Shown piece by piece: positions 9,212-18,045 of a stretch of 64,000 nt of DNA (positions are counted from its first letter, which is position 1; every line of letters begins with the position of its first letter). Made by a program: the position numbers and the translations under genes. The notes under the pieces were generated by a model. It saw nothing but the letters and a program-made list of their open reading frames with translations, was not told where the DNA came from and searched no databases. The DNA comes from Candidatus Aminicenantes bacterium (GTDB taxonomy: Bacteria; Acidobacteriota; Aminicenantia; Aminicenantales; Aminicenantaceae): positions 70,793 to 134,792 of the forward strand of contig WVZK01000134.1 of assembly GCA_011772475.1 (NCBI GenBank), given 5' to 3'.

Positions 9212-12200
9212 ATGAGAAAAAAACTCCTCTTCTTGTTGATTATGCTTGCCTTCTGCGTTCGCGGCATGGCGGAAACATCAAGCCTTTCTCAAATATTTCT
9301 TCTTGGTAAAGGAATAAAAGATTTGGATAAGGACAACTTCGGAGAAAAGGTCTCCCTCCATATCATCATCCCCGACACTCCTACAGCTTATGAGCTTGCT
9401 GTGGCTGGAGATATTGCTGCCAGAGCTAACCTGGAGAGTCTGGTTGTTGATTTCTCCCTAGTTAAAAAAGAATCAGAAGTTAAGAGCATACAAGATCTTG
9501 AGAATCCGATACTTATAGGCACAAACTTGAAGTGGATAAATAGGCTGAGGAAGGAAAAGAGTATAAATCTTCCCCAGCTCGAGAAAAATCAAGGGCTCGT
9601 CTCTCTCCTCCACTATAGAAATAAGCCGCTGGTGGTTTTGACTGCGGGGTCAGAAGATGCGCTCCTGCGTGCAGGCCGCTCTTTTTTTCTCAGATGGCCT
9701 TATCTCTGGGAAATCTGGGGACAACAGGAAGGTGTAACCTATTTCTCTCTGGAGAAGGATTTAACTCAATTCCTGGAAAAACCAGGTGCAAAGCCTGAAA
9801 GGATAACAATAAAAGAGGCTTTCTATGAATTCCTGCAGACAAAATCACCTTTTCAATCCTTAAGAAGACTGAAGTTTCGTTCAGGAGAGATAAGAAACCT
9901 ATCAGTCGAAATAGATTTTCCGGACAAAAGACAAAAAGACAAGGCATTCAAAGCCCTTGAATCTCTTCGCCTCCAGCACCAAAAAGGATTAAGTCCGGAT
10001 GTTCTCTCTTATCCAGGCTGTGCCCAAATAACTTTTATACTTCGTTCCAAGAGCGAAGGTTCCAAAATCATTCTACACCGAATGGGATACCCTAAGAGAA
10101 TTCTCACGCCTTCCTATAAAGCTCCTATGAAGCCGCGCTCTGCAGGAAAAAATTTTGATCTGTCCAATTTGTTCTCTGCTAAAGGATTCTATTCTGATAC
10201 TGATAAGGACAGCATCTTAGATAAGCTTGATACCTCTCTCATCATTCCTCAAAACTCAGGCCTGTTGGGCCAGGCTAGATTGGCATCAAGACTGGTTCTA
10301 AACACAACCGGAGCCTCCTTCCCTATCCTATTCTTGGACAAAGAAATTGAAGAGCAAAAAGCACTAATCTCCCCAGTCCTTATCGGCCAAGATAACAAGC
10401 TTAATAAGGAACTGATCAAAAAAGGGAAATTAAAAATACCGTCTTTACAGAAAAGCTGGGCAGTGGCAAGCGTGGTTCCTGAAGCCTTCAATAAATCCAA
10501 TGCATTAGCGATTGTCGGAAAAGATGCATATGGACTGGAAAAAATTTTAACCTTCCTGAGCAAGACCTTTCCCTATTTCGATGACTACAAACAAGGCAAT
10601 CCTCAAATTAATGATGTGTCTTCTGATCTAGAGGGATTCTTCAAAGGAGAAAAAGGAAGCGCTGAAGCGTATTTCGACCAAAAGATAAAAGAACTCGCTG
10701 AAGATATCAAAGGCAAAATTTTCGAGTCTATCAAAGCTGAAATCTATCTGCCTCAAAAGAACCAAAAATTTGATGAATTTACCAGGAAGTTCTTCGAGGA
10801 TTCAGCTCACCCGGAAAATCTAGAAATCAAGAGCTCTGAGCTCAGGGACAGTAAAACAATTTTTGAAAAAGAAAAGGAGTTTCTCTGGGAAGCAGATGAG
10901 GCACTAAAGTTGATTAAACAGAAAATGAAAACATTAGAAGGCTCCAAGCTTCCTCTAAAAATCAGCTTAGGTCTAAGCGAATCACCAAAGGTTAGAGAAG
11001 AAATAAAAAAGCAGATCGAGAAGCTACTAAGCCAGAGTAACATCGATGAGTTCGAAGTCAAAGTTCTGTCGGCTTATAAGCAGGGATTCTTCTGGATTTT
11101 GGAGGAAGTCCTCCCTTCTTTGAGCCGTAAAAATGTCAGCCGCCTGGCAATCCGCTTTGCTGAAGAAAAAGAAAACCTGAGCAAACCTAAGCGGTTTTAC
11201 GCTGAGCCCTATCGCTGGCTCCAAGAACTTTATCCTGTTGATGAAATCCTCTCTAAAGAAACCAATCTGCCTCTTGAAAGAATTGAATTTGAGCTAAAAA
11301 AGGAAAAAGACCCAGTCTACGAAGTCCTGGCTTTCGATGAAAAAAACAGAGCCTTACTGAACAAAAGCTTCTCTCCTCGAATACGAGAAGCAGTTTTCCT
11401 CAAAGTGCTTCCTGAATGGGGAAGGGTCAAACTCACAACAGGCTGGTTAAAAATTGAAAAAGGGAAAGAAATTCTGCTTGATGAATCAATAAAATGCGAC
11501 CTCGAAAGATTCTGGGAATACTACCAGGATGAAATTCTTCCTGCTGTCTATTCCTACGTGATGAAAAAGACAGGAAACGAACCCAAATTTTCCAAGCAGC
11601 CCTACTTTAAAAGAATACTGATAGAGATGTGGTTCAGCGAACCTGATTATAAATTAGGTCTGGACGAAGAAATTGTAAGCAGCCTAGAGGCCATTCATGA
11701 TGAAATCTATTTTGACACACTCGACTTTTTGCGCGGGATCACAGATGTTGAGATAGAGGAAAAGGATGCTCCAGAGGATACTTCCCGCTACTCGGCACCA
11801 GGAAATGTTCTCCCTCTCATTCACCCTTCACTAGAAGGTGGGAAGGGAAAAATAAAGGTTATCTTTGAAGATTGGCAGGCTAAAAGCCCTCAGCTTATCC
11901 TGAAATGGAAAGAGAAAGGGAAGGAAGAATACAGCAAAAAAATTGCCTTCCCTTCAATCAAACCTAAAGCCCTTCGAGTGCCGTCTTTTGTTTATAACGG
12001 CCAAAAAGAAAGGGTTGAAAATTTGATCATTGAGGTGAAGGTTGAAAAAGAAGCCGAATACCTGATGCTCATTGATCTTATGGATTCATACAGAAGCCTG
12101 TTGAGTGAAGGCATCATCCTACCGTTTAGTTATCCGAACCTCGAGAAGATAACGATTAAAATCCGATATAAGGAACTTGAAAAAGAGGAACCTCTCCTTG

Positions 12201-13354
12201 TAGTTCCTAGAAAACAGCCCGAGAGAAAAATTATTCCTTCAACTCAGCTAAAAGATATATTAATAATCCCCACAGACAAGATCATATCACCCCAGATGTG
12301 CCTGGACATCGTCCAGCGTCTTGGCAACTTCAATTCTATCCTTAGCTATTTTGCTGGCAGGTCTTACGAGAATAGAAGAATCCCAGTTTTGGAGATATTC
12401 ACTCCATTAGAAAGATATACATCCCTTCCGCGCCTTATCACCTTTAAGCCCACCTTATACATGAGCGCTCGCCAGCATGCTAACGAGGTCTCAGCTACAA
12501 ATTACTCCCTAAAATATGCGGAGCTACTGGCCAGAGATAAAACACACCAGGAATATGTAAAAAAGATGAATTTTGTGATTCATCCGATGGAAAATCCTGA
12601 TGGGGCTGAACTGGCCTATGAACTTCAAAATCTAACTCCGTTCCACAGCCTTCATGCCGGGCGATACAGTGCTCTTGGCATGGATGTCGGCTATCAAGTC
12701 AACGCACCCAAGCCGCTCCTTCCTGAGGCAAAAATAAGGCGTAATCTTTATAACCGCTGGCTTCCTGATATCTACCTTAACCTCCATGGATATCCTTCCC
12801 ATGAATGGGTACAGCAATTCTCTAATTACTCTCCCTATCTCTTCCGCGATTACTGGATTCCCCGCGGCTGGTTTTCTTATTACAGGAGCCTTTCTCTTCC
12901 CATCTACCAGAAATGGAAGGAAGCGGGAGACGAACTGCGGAAATTTATCACAGAAGAAATAGCCGCGAGTGAAAAAATAAGTGCTTCCAACAATAAATTT
13001 TATGACCGCTATTACCGCTGGGCCGCACGCTGGCAACCCCATATGAATTACCTTGAATTATACGATGGAGTTAACCTTTACTCAAAGAGACGATCTTCCA
13101 CGGAGAGCAAATTGTCAACGCGGCGCAAGATAACTTTTGTCGAGGAAACACCGGAGCTCATGGATGAAACAGCACACGGAAGCTGGCTGGAATTTCTCTG
13201 TGAGCAAGGATTGGCCTACTTGAGAGCACACAGCAAGTATCTTTCTCGGGCTGAGTTCGAAACTGCTCGCATAGAAGAAGAAAGCCAGGATAGAATCCAC
13301 ATTTGGTTCATCAGAAGCCGCCCCGGCAAGGCAAAAAACACAGATAAAAAATGA
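9212..13354 (+). CDS. Very large (1380 aa) secreted protein with a divergent C-terminal M14 zinc-carboxypeptidase-like domain
   Basis: Signal peptide MRKKLLFLLIMLAFCVRGMA. C-terminal HANEVS (HxxE zinc motif), IHPMENPDGAEL (NPDG) and LNLHGYPSHEW (third His) in M14 order. Upstream GGAG RBS. Confidence 0.5.
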   Translation: MRKKLLFLLIMLAFCVRGMAETSSLSQIFLLGKGIKDLDKDNFGEKVSLHIIIPDTPTAYELAVAGDIAARANLESLVVDFSLVKKESEVKSIQDLENPILIGTNLKWINRLRKEKSINLPQLEKNQGLVSLLHYRNKPLVVLTAGSEDALLRAGRSFFLRWPYLWEIWGQQEGVTYFSLEKDLTQFLEKPGAKPERITIKEAFYEFLQTKSPFQSLRRLKFRSGEIRNLSVEIDFPDKRQKDKAFKALESLRLQHQKGLSPDVLSYPGCAQITFILRSKSEGSKIILHRMGYPKRILTPSYKAPMKPRSAGKNFDLSNLFSAKGFYSDTDKDSILDKLDTSLIIPQNSGLLGQARLASRLVLNTTGASFPILFLDKEIEEQKALISPVLIGQDNKLNKELIKKGKLKIPSLQKSWAVASVVPEAFNKSNALAIVGKDAYGLEKILTFLSKTFPYFDDYKQGNPQINDVSSDLEGFFKGEKGSAEAYFDQKIKELAEDIKGKIFESIKAEIYLPQKNQKFDEFTRKFFEDSAHPENLEIKSSELRDSKTIFEKEKEFLWEADEALKLIKQKMKTLEGSKLPLKISLGLSESPKVREEIKKQIEKLLSQSNIDEFEVKVLSAYKQGFFWILEEVLPSLSRKNVSRLAIRFAEEKENLSKPKRFYAEPYRWLQELYPVDEILSKETNLPLERIEFELKKEKDPVYEVLAFDEKNRALLNKSFSPRIREAVFLKVLPEWGRVKLTTGWLKIEKGKEILLDESIKCDLERFWEYYQDEILPAVYSYVMKKTGNEPKFSKQPYFKRILIEMWFSEPDYKLGLDEEIVSSLEAIHDEIYFDTLDFLRGITDVEIEEKDAPEDTSRYSAPGNVLPLIHPSLEGGKGKIKVIFEDWQAKSPQLILKWKEKGKEEYSKKIAFPSIKPKALRVPSFVYNGQKERVENLIIEVKVEKEAEYLMLIDLMDSYRSLLSEGIILPFSYPNLEKITIKIRYKELEKEEPLLVVPRKQPERKIIPSTQLKDILIIPTDKIISPQMCLDIVQRLGNFNSILSYFAGRSYENRRIPVLEIFTPLERYTSLPRLITFKPTLYMSARQHANEVSATNYSLKYAELLARDKTHQEYVKKMNFVIHPMENPDGAELAYELQNLTPFHSLHAGRYSALGMDVGYQVNAPKPLLPEAKIRRNLYNRWLPDIYLNLHGYPSHEWVQQFSNYSPYLFRDYWIPRGWFSYYRSLSLPIYQKWKEAGDELRKFITEEIAASEKISASNNKFYDRYYRWAARWQPHMNYLELYDGVNLYSKRRSSTESKLSTRRKITFVEETPELMDETAHGSWLEFLCEQGLAYLRAHSKYLSRAEFETARIEEESQDRIHIWFIRSRPGKAKNTDKK

Positions 13355-13474
13355 TTAACTGCGCCTTGTCTGTCTAATAAAAAGCTTGCCTGTTTGCTAA
13401 AAAATAAATATTTTTTTATTTACTATTTAGAAATTTCTTATTAAAATTTACATTCCATTAAACAGGAGGCATTC

Positions 13475-14206
13475 ATGAAAAAAATCTTTTCCGCTTGTTT
13501 TTTAAGTCTTTTTCTTTTGAGCTTGGTGACTTCTTCCGGTCTTAGCCAGGAAGCTTCAGACATCCTGAAAAAAATGGTGGAAGCACAGGGAGGAAAAAAA
13601 GTTCTCGAGAAAATCGAAGACATGACTTCCACAGGCAACTTAGAGATGATACAGATGGGTATGAGCGGGTCGGTGACCATTTATAAGAAAGAGCCAAATA
13701 AAATGCGCATGGATATTGAAGTGATGGGAATGATAATAACCCAAGCATTTGATGGAGAAACAGCATGGTGGGTCAATCCTCAGACCGGAAGTAAAGAAGA
13801 AATGCCTGAACAGCAACAAGAAGATATGAAGAGGATGGGCTTGGGAATAGACGCCTTTATTTATCCTGAAAAATACGGCATTTCTTATGCTTTTAAAGGC
13901 AAAGAAAAAATTGAAGAAAAAGAATATTTGGTTTTAGAGCAAACTTTTGACGACGGTCATAAAGCGACTGTTTATGTCGATCCTAAAACATATCTTACGT
14001 ATAAAACCAAATCTACTACTATGAACCCTATGGGAGTTGAAGTTGAAACAGAAACCTTCGAGTCTGATTTTAAAAAAGTCAACGGGATGATAATCGCCTA
14101 CTCTATAGTTATTCTTCAAGATGGCGAGGAATTCATGAAACTTACTCTCACTGATATAACCCTCAACACGGGCTTAGAGGATTCTTTTTTTAAGATGAGT
14201 GAATAA
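13475..14206 (+). CDS. Secreted or lipoprotein-like protein, possibly a LolA-like fold (outer-membrane lipoprotein-sorting-protein-like)
   Basis: Signal peptide MKKIFSACFLSLFLLSLVTSSG and AGGAGG RBS. Size and composition are beta-rich and LolA-like. No catalytic motif. Confidence 0.35.
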   Translation: MKKIFSACFLSLFLLSLVTSSGLSQEASDILKKMVEAQGGKKVLEKIEDMTSTGNLEMIQMGMSGSVTIYKKEPNKMRMDIEVMGMIITQAFDGETAWWVNPQTGSKEEMPEQQQEDMKRMGLGIDAFIYPEKYGISYAFKGKEKIEEKEYLVLEQTFDDGHKATVYVDPKTYLTYKTKSTTMNPMGVEVETETFESDFKKVNGMIIAYSIVILQDGEEFMKLTLTDITLNTGLEDSFFKMSE

Positions 14207-14227
14207 AAATCTTTTTATTAGTTATTA

Positions 14228-14449
14228 GGGTCAAGTCTTGTTTTTTGCCTGCCTTGTCAAAAAAAACTCGTTCAAACGCATAAAAATTTCATTATAAGAA
14301 TGAAAATAATGCAGATATCTTCCTTCTTTTGGATGAGGTCTTAATTAGTTCCCCTGGCCCTTTATTAAAAGAGCGGCATCGCCACCAACCTAAGCTCTTA
14401 TTCTGAATTGGGTCTGGATCAAAGAAAGCAAAAAACAAGAACTGACCCC
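14228..14449. repeat. MITE-like element A: about 222 bp bounded by 22-bp inverted repeats GGGTCAAGTCTTGTTTTTTGCC / GCAAAAAACAAGAACTGACCCC
   Basis: Terminal inverted repeats are visible in the sequence. Related copies lie at 30531-30605, 25266-25344 and 4839-4882. Confidence 0.5.
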
Positions 14450-14454
14450 TTAGT

Positions 14455-15369
14455 TTATGTTTCTGCTTCTTGCAGGACGTTGTAGGCAAGCCTGAGGGCG
14501 CGAAGTCCTTCTTCGCCGCTCACTTTTCCCTCCTTCCCATCCCCGATGCATCTGAAAAAATTCTTGAGTTCTTTTTTAAGAGGCTCTTCTTTCTCTATCT
14601 TCAGGCTTTTAATATCAGTCTGTCTCCCGTTTAAAGGGAAAATTTTAACTTCCTGATCAATATAATCTATCGAATAACAAGACGTTGGCTCGAATATCCT
14701 CAGCTTTCTAACCTTTCCCTGGTGAACACGGCTGGCTGTAAGGGTAGCCACACAGCCCGAGTTAAACTCTAACCTCGCATTGGCAATATCAATTTTTTCT
14801 GAAAGGACATGTATTCCTGATGACCTGATAGATTTCACATCATCCTTAATCAAGGCCAAAATGATATCCAAATCATGAATCATAAGGTCGAGCACGACAT
14901 CAATATCCAAAGATCGAGCCGAGAAAGATCCCAATCTCTGAACTTCTATAAACCTTGGCTCAGAGATAACGTTTTCCAAAGCTTCTACAGCAGGGTTGAA
15001 TCGCTCCAAATGACCAACTTGAAGGATCGCCCCGCTCTTATCGGCCTTGGCTACTAACTTCTCTGCTTGTTCCACTGTCTCTGTTATGGGCTTTTCAACC
15101 AGAACAGACTTCCCCTTGCTCAATAATTTCATAGCGATAGAAAAATGCTCTGATGTTGGGGTGGCCACAATGGCTGCATCAATCTCATCCAGCATGTTTT
15201 CATAATTCTGATAGTACTGGACTCTATGACGATTTCCAATCTCAACTGCTTTCTTAAAATCAATATCCACAACTCCTTTGAGCTCAGCTTCTTCCAGATA
15301 GGATAAAATCCTAGCATGCTGGGTTCCCAAATATCCTACTCCGATTATTCCTACTCTTACTTTATCCAT
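14455..15369 (-). CDS. Gfo/Idh/MocA-family NAD(P)-dependent oxidoreductase in the lipid A cluster; possibly a GnnA-like UDP-GlcNAc 3-dehydrogenase
   Basis: N-terminal Rossmann motif VRVGIIGVGYLGTQHARIL and TPTSEHFSIAMKLLSKGKSVLVEKP. The start is taken at internal Met47 (GGAG RBS, avoids overlap with lpxI), although the ORF extends to 15507. Confidence 0.7.
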   Translation of the reverse strand: MDKVRVGIIGVGYLGTQHARILSYLEEAELKGVVDIDFKKAVEIGNRHRVQYYQNYENMLDEIDAAIVATPTSEHFSIAMKLLSKGKSVLVEKPITETVEQAEKLVAKADKSGAILQVGHLERFNPAVEALENVISEPRFIEVQRLGSFSARSLDIDVVLDLMIHDLDIILALIKDDVKSIRSSGIHVLSEKIDIANARLEFNSGCVATLTASRVHQGKVRKLRIFEPTSCYSIDYIDQEVKIFPLNGRQTDIKSLKIEKEEPLKKELKNFFRCIGDGKEGKVSGEEGLRALRLAYNVLQEAET

Positions 15370-15410
15370 CGAACTTTCTCCAGAAAATGCTCTAAATGCT
15401 TCTTCTATTC

Positions 15411-16220
15411 TTACCTCTTCTTTGCTACTATTGAAATTCTTTGGGCGTCTGCCAATGAGATAGCCTCCTCTTTTTGAAAAAAAGGTATGCTTTGAGCTTC
15501 GATACAAAGAACTCTGCTTCTCGCCTCGATAAGACTCTTTACAGTATTTAGCCCCACGGCCGGCAAATCCACTCTTGGATCTTGAAAAGATCGGCTCACT
15601 TTTACTACGACTGTCCCCTCTCCCGCCAGCCTTCCCCCTCTTCTTATTGCCTCGTCAGTCCCCTCCATTCCTTCCATGGCCACAACAGCCTTATTCTTGA
15701 CAATCACAGTCTGTCCTATATCCAAGTCAGCAATATTTTTGGCAATTCTTAGGCCAAATTCTATATCCTCTTCCGTATCTGGGGAAGGCTTTGTTTTTGT
15801 CAGGACACCCTCCTGGCAAAAAGAAGAAGCGATGAATGATGTCGGGTCCATTATTTGGATTCCTTCTTTAGCCATAAAATCAATAATTGTCTTTAAAACT
15901 GCAGTAGGACCTCGATCTTTACTTTGAGCCAAAAGGCGCCGAGAATCCTCATTTAATTTTTCTTCAGCAAAGATTTTCCGGGGATCTACCTTTCCGGCGA
16001 ACACTGCCTCTTTAACTCCGTTTTTTTTGAAAAAAGATACAAGGCCTAAAATATCACCAACATCAACCCACTCAAATATATCAACCTTATTCCTAAGGTC
16101 AGTTTCGGCTTCTTGCTTAATACCAGCGACTAAACAAGAGTAGCCCATTTTCTGAGCCTCTGCAAGTAAAAAAAACGGAAATTCTCCTGAGCCTGCGATT
16201 ATTCCGATTCTGGGTCCCAT
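15411..16220 (-). CDS. lpxI: UDP-2,3-diacylglucosamine hydrolase LpxI (DUF1009 family)
   Basis: IGIIAGSGEFP N-terminus and LDIGQTVIVKNKAVVAMEGMEGTDEAIRRG, with a C-terminal VDLPAVG region like Caulobacter LpxI. Lies directly downstream of lpxA. Confidence 0.65.
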   Translation of the reverse strand: MGPRIGIIAGSGEFPFFLLAEAQKMGYSCLVAGIKQEAETDLRNKVDIFEWVDVGDILGLVSFFKKNGVKEAVFAGKVDPRKIFAEEKLNEDSRRLLAQSKDRGPTAVLKTIIDFMAKEGIQIMDPTSFIASSFCQEGVLTKTKPSPDTEEDIEFGLRIAKNIADLDIGQTVIVKNKAVVAMEGMEGTDEAIRRGGRLAGEGTVVVKVSRSFQDPRVDLPAVGLNTVKSLIEARSRVLCIEAQSIPFFQKEEAISLADAQRISIVAKKR

Positions 16221-17023
16221 TTTTCAGCTGTCTTTTTTACGATTCCTCTTTCGGAGGACTGGATGAAGTTAAGAATCTCATCTCTGTCTTCCCCTGGAGG
16301 GAATTTTTCATTGATTTTAGCTGCGGCTTGAGTTGTGTTCAAGTCAGAATAAAAGAAAATTTTGAAAATTTCCTTAATTACTTTTATCCTCTCTTTGGAA
16401 AAGCCTCTCCGCCGCAACCCGATAGCATTTAACCCTAAAAGGATATTGGGGCGACTTCCGGCTACTTTTGAGAACGGGAAAACATCCTGAGTGATTACGG
16501 TATAACCACCTACAAAGGCATGTTTTCCAACCCGACAGAATTGATGAACACCGCTGAATGCTCCTACTGTAGAAAAATCATGGACAGTGACATGTCCTGC
16601 GAGCGTAGCCGCGTTTATAAAGATGGTTTCATTCCCGACAAAACAGTCATGTCCTACATGAGAGTAAGCCATGAAATAATTATCATTCCCGATAACAGTT
16701 TTCCCTCCGCCCTTAGCCGTTCCCCTGTTAACAGTCATGAATTCTCTAAAAATATTTCTATCCCCGATCTTAACCAGTGTATCTTCCCCTTTATAAGTTA
16801 CGTCTTGAGGTTCTGTTCCTATGGACGAATATGGAGAAAACCGGCAGTTTTTTCCTATTTCTGTCTGACCATCAATGAAAACATTCGCCTCTATTTTAGT
16901 ATTTTCATGGATGCTGACTTTTTCCCCTATAAATGAATATGGCCCTACCCAGACTCCTGAATCCAACCGGGCTTTAGGATGGACTGTGGCAGTGGAATGA
17001 ACAAAAATATCATTCTTTTTCAT
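16199..17023 (-). CDS. lpxA: UDP-N-acetylglucosamine O-acyltransferase
   Basis: Left-handed beta-helix hexapeptide repeats throughout, with an LpxA-like C-terminal helical domain. Confidence 0.85.
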   Translation of the reverse strand: MKKNDIFVHSTATVHPKARLDSGVWVGPYSFIGEKVSIHENTKIEANVFIDGQTEIGKNCRFSPYSSIGTEPQDVTYKGEDTLVKIGDRNIFREFMTVNRGTAKGGGKTVIGNDNYFMAYSHVGHDCFVGNETIFINAATLAGHVTVHDFSTVGAFSGVHQFCRVGKHAFVGGYTVITQDVFPFSKVAGSRPNILLGLNAIGLRRRGFSKERIKVIKEIFKIFFYSDLNTTQAAAKINEKFPPGEDRDEILNFIQSSERGIVKKTAEKWDPESE

Positions 17024-17492
17024 TCAATTCCTCAAGATTTGTAAGCGTAGCCATAGCCTCGCTTTCGGCAACAGCTTCTCCATCTACAAACGCTTTCCCA
17101 ACAATATGGCAGAATTTTGATTTGAGCCTTAGGATCTCCACCTCCAACTTCAGTTGATCACCAGGAACAACCGGCCTTCTGAATTTTGCTTTATCAATCT
17201 TAGTTAAAAGCATAAGAATTTTCTCAGGATCTGGAATGGAATGATACAGAAGAATGCCTCCTGCCTGGGCTAAGGCTTCGACAATTAAAACGCCAGGCAT
17301 TACCTTTATGTGAGGAAAATGACCCTGGAAAAATGGTTCATTAGAGGTAACGTTCTTGATGGCAGTAATTGACTTCCCCTTGTCGAGCTTTAATACTCTA
17401 TCCACTAATAGAAAGGGATAGCGATGGGGAAGGATCTTGAGGATTTTCTCGATAGTGAGCAAGTCTTTATTTTTTTGTGGCCTTTGAGGCAT
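17010..17492 (-). CDS. fabZ: 3-hydroxyacyl-ACP dehydratase FabZ; the start is taken at the internal Met, as the longer ORF overlaps skp
   Basis: LPHRYPFLLVDRVL and FFQGHFPHIKVMPGVLIVEALAQ hot-dog dehydratase motifs. Confidence 0.85.
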   Translation of the reverse strand: MPQRPQKNKDLLTIEKILKILPHRYPFLLVDRVLKLDKGKSITAIKNVTSNEPFFQGHFPHIKVMPGVLIVEALAQAGGILLYHSIPDPEKILMLLTKIDKAKFRRPVVPGDQLKLEVEILRLKSKFCHIVGKAFVDGEAVAESEAMATLTNLEELNEKE

Positions 17493-18003
17493 CGTATCTT
17501 CTGATGACTTCTTCGGTGAGATCGATTGTCGGATTGATATAGACAGCCCCACTATTCGCCAGGTCAAAAATTATATCCAGGTTTCTTTCTTTCCCCAATC
17601 CTTCGATAATCGGAATTACCTCATCCTGGACTTTGGTGAACAGCCTGAACCTGAGCTCCTGTAATTCTCTTAAGGAATCTTCTGCAAACCGTTTCCTTTC
17701 CGTCCGCTTTCTTTCCAACTCAGAAGTTAGCTGAAGGATAGATTCCTGCGTGAGTGTAAGCCGCTGGGTATTTAGCTTCGTCTCTAACTCGCGGATTTTC
17801 TCATCCATCGTAGAGATTTTAGACGAATTGCTTTTGTCTTTGTCTTGCAGCTGGGCCATTACCGCTTTTCCTTCGTTAGATTTTGAGATTACTTCATTTG
17901 AGTTGACGACACCGATCTTAACTGCTTCCTGAGCTAAGCTTATAAAGGCCAGAAATATAACTAGTAGAGCGAGTAAAGCAATTTTGCTACTGGTTCTCCA
18001 CAT
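17467..18003 (-). CDS. skp: Periplasmic chaperone Skp/OmpH
   Basis: Signal peptide and a coiled-coil-rich 178-aa protein located between bamA and fabZ, the canonical position. Confidence 0.65.
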   Translation of the reverse strand: MWRTSSKIALLALLVIFLAFISLAQEAVKIGVVNSNEVISKSNEGKAVMAQLQDKDKSNSSKISTMDEKIRELETKLNTQRLTLTQESILQLTSELERKRTERKRFAEDSLRELQELRFRLFTKVQDEVIPIIEGLGKERNLDIIFDLANSGAVYINPTIDLTEEVIRRYDASKATKK

Positions 18004-18045
18004 ATCTTTTGCCTCCTTAATAATATGAAATGCGCTCTTTATCGC

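Noticed and set aside
14455-15507. Full-length 350-aa version of the Gfo/Idh/MocA ORF
   Set aside because: The first 46 codons overlap the lpxI 3' end by about 97 bp and precede the Rossmann fold. The internal Met with a GGAG RBS at 15369 gives a canonical N-terminus (MDKVRVGIIGVGYLG).
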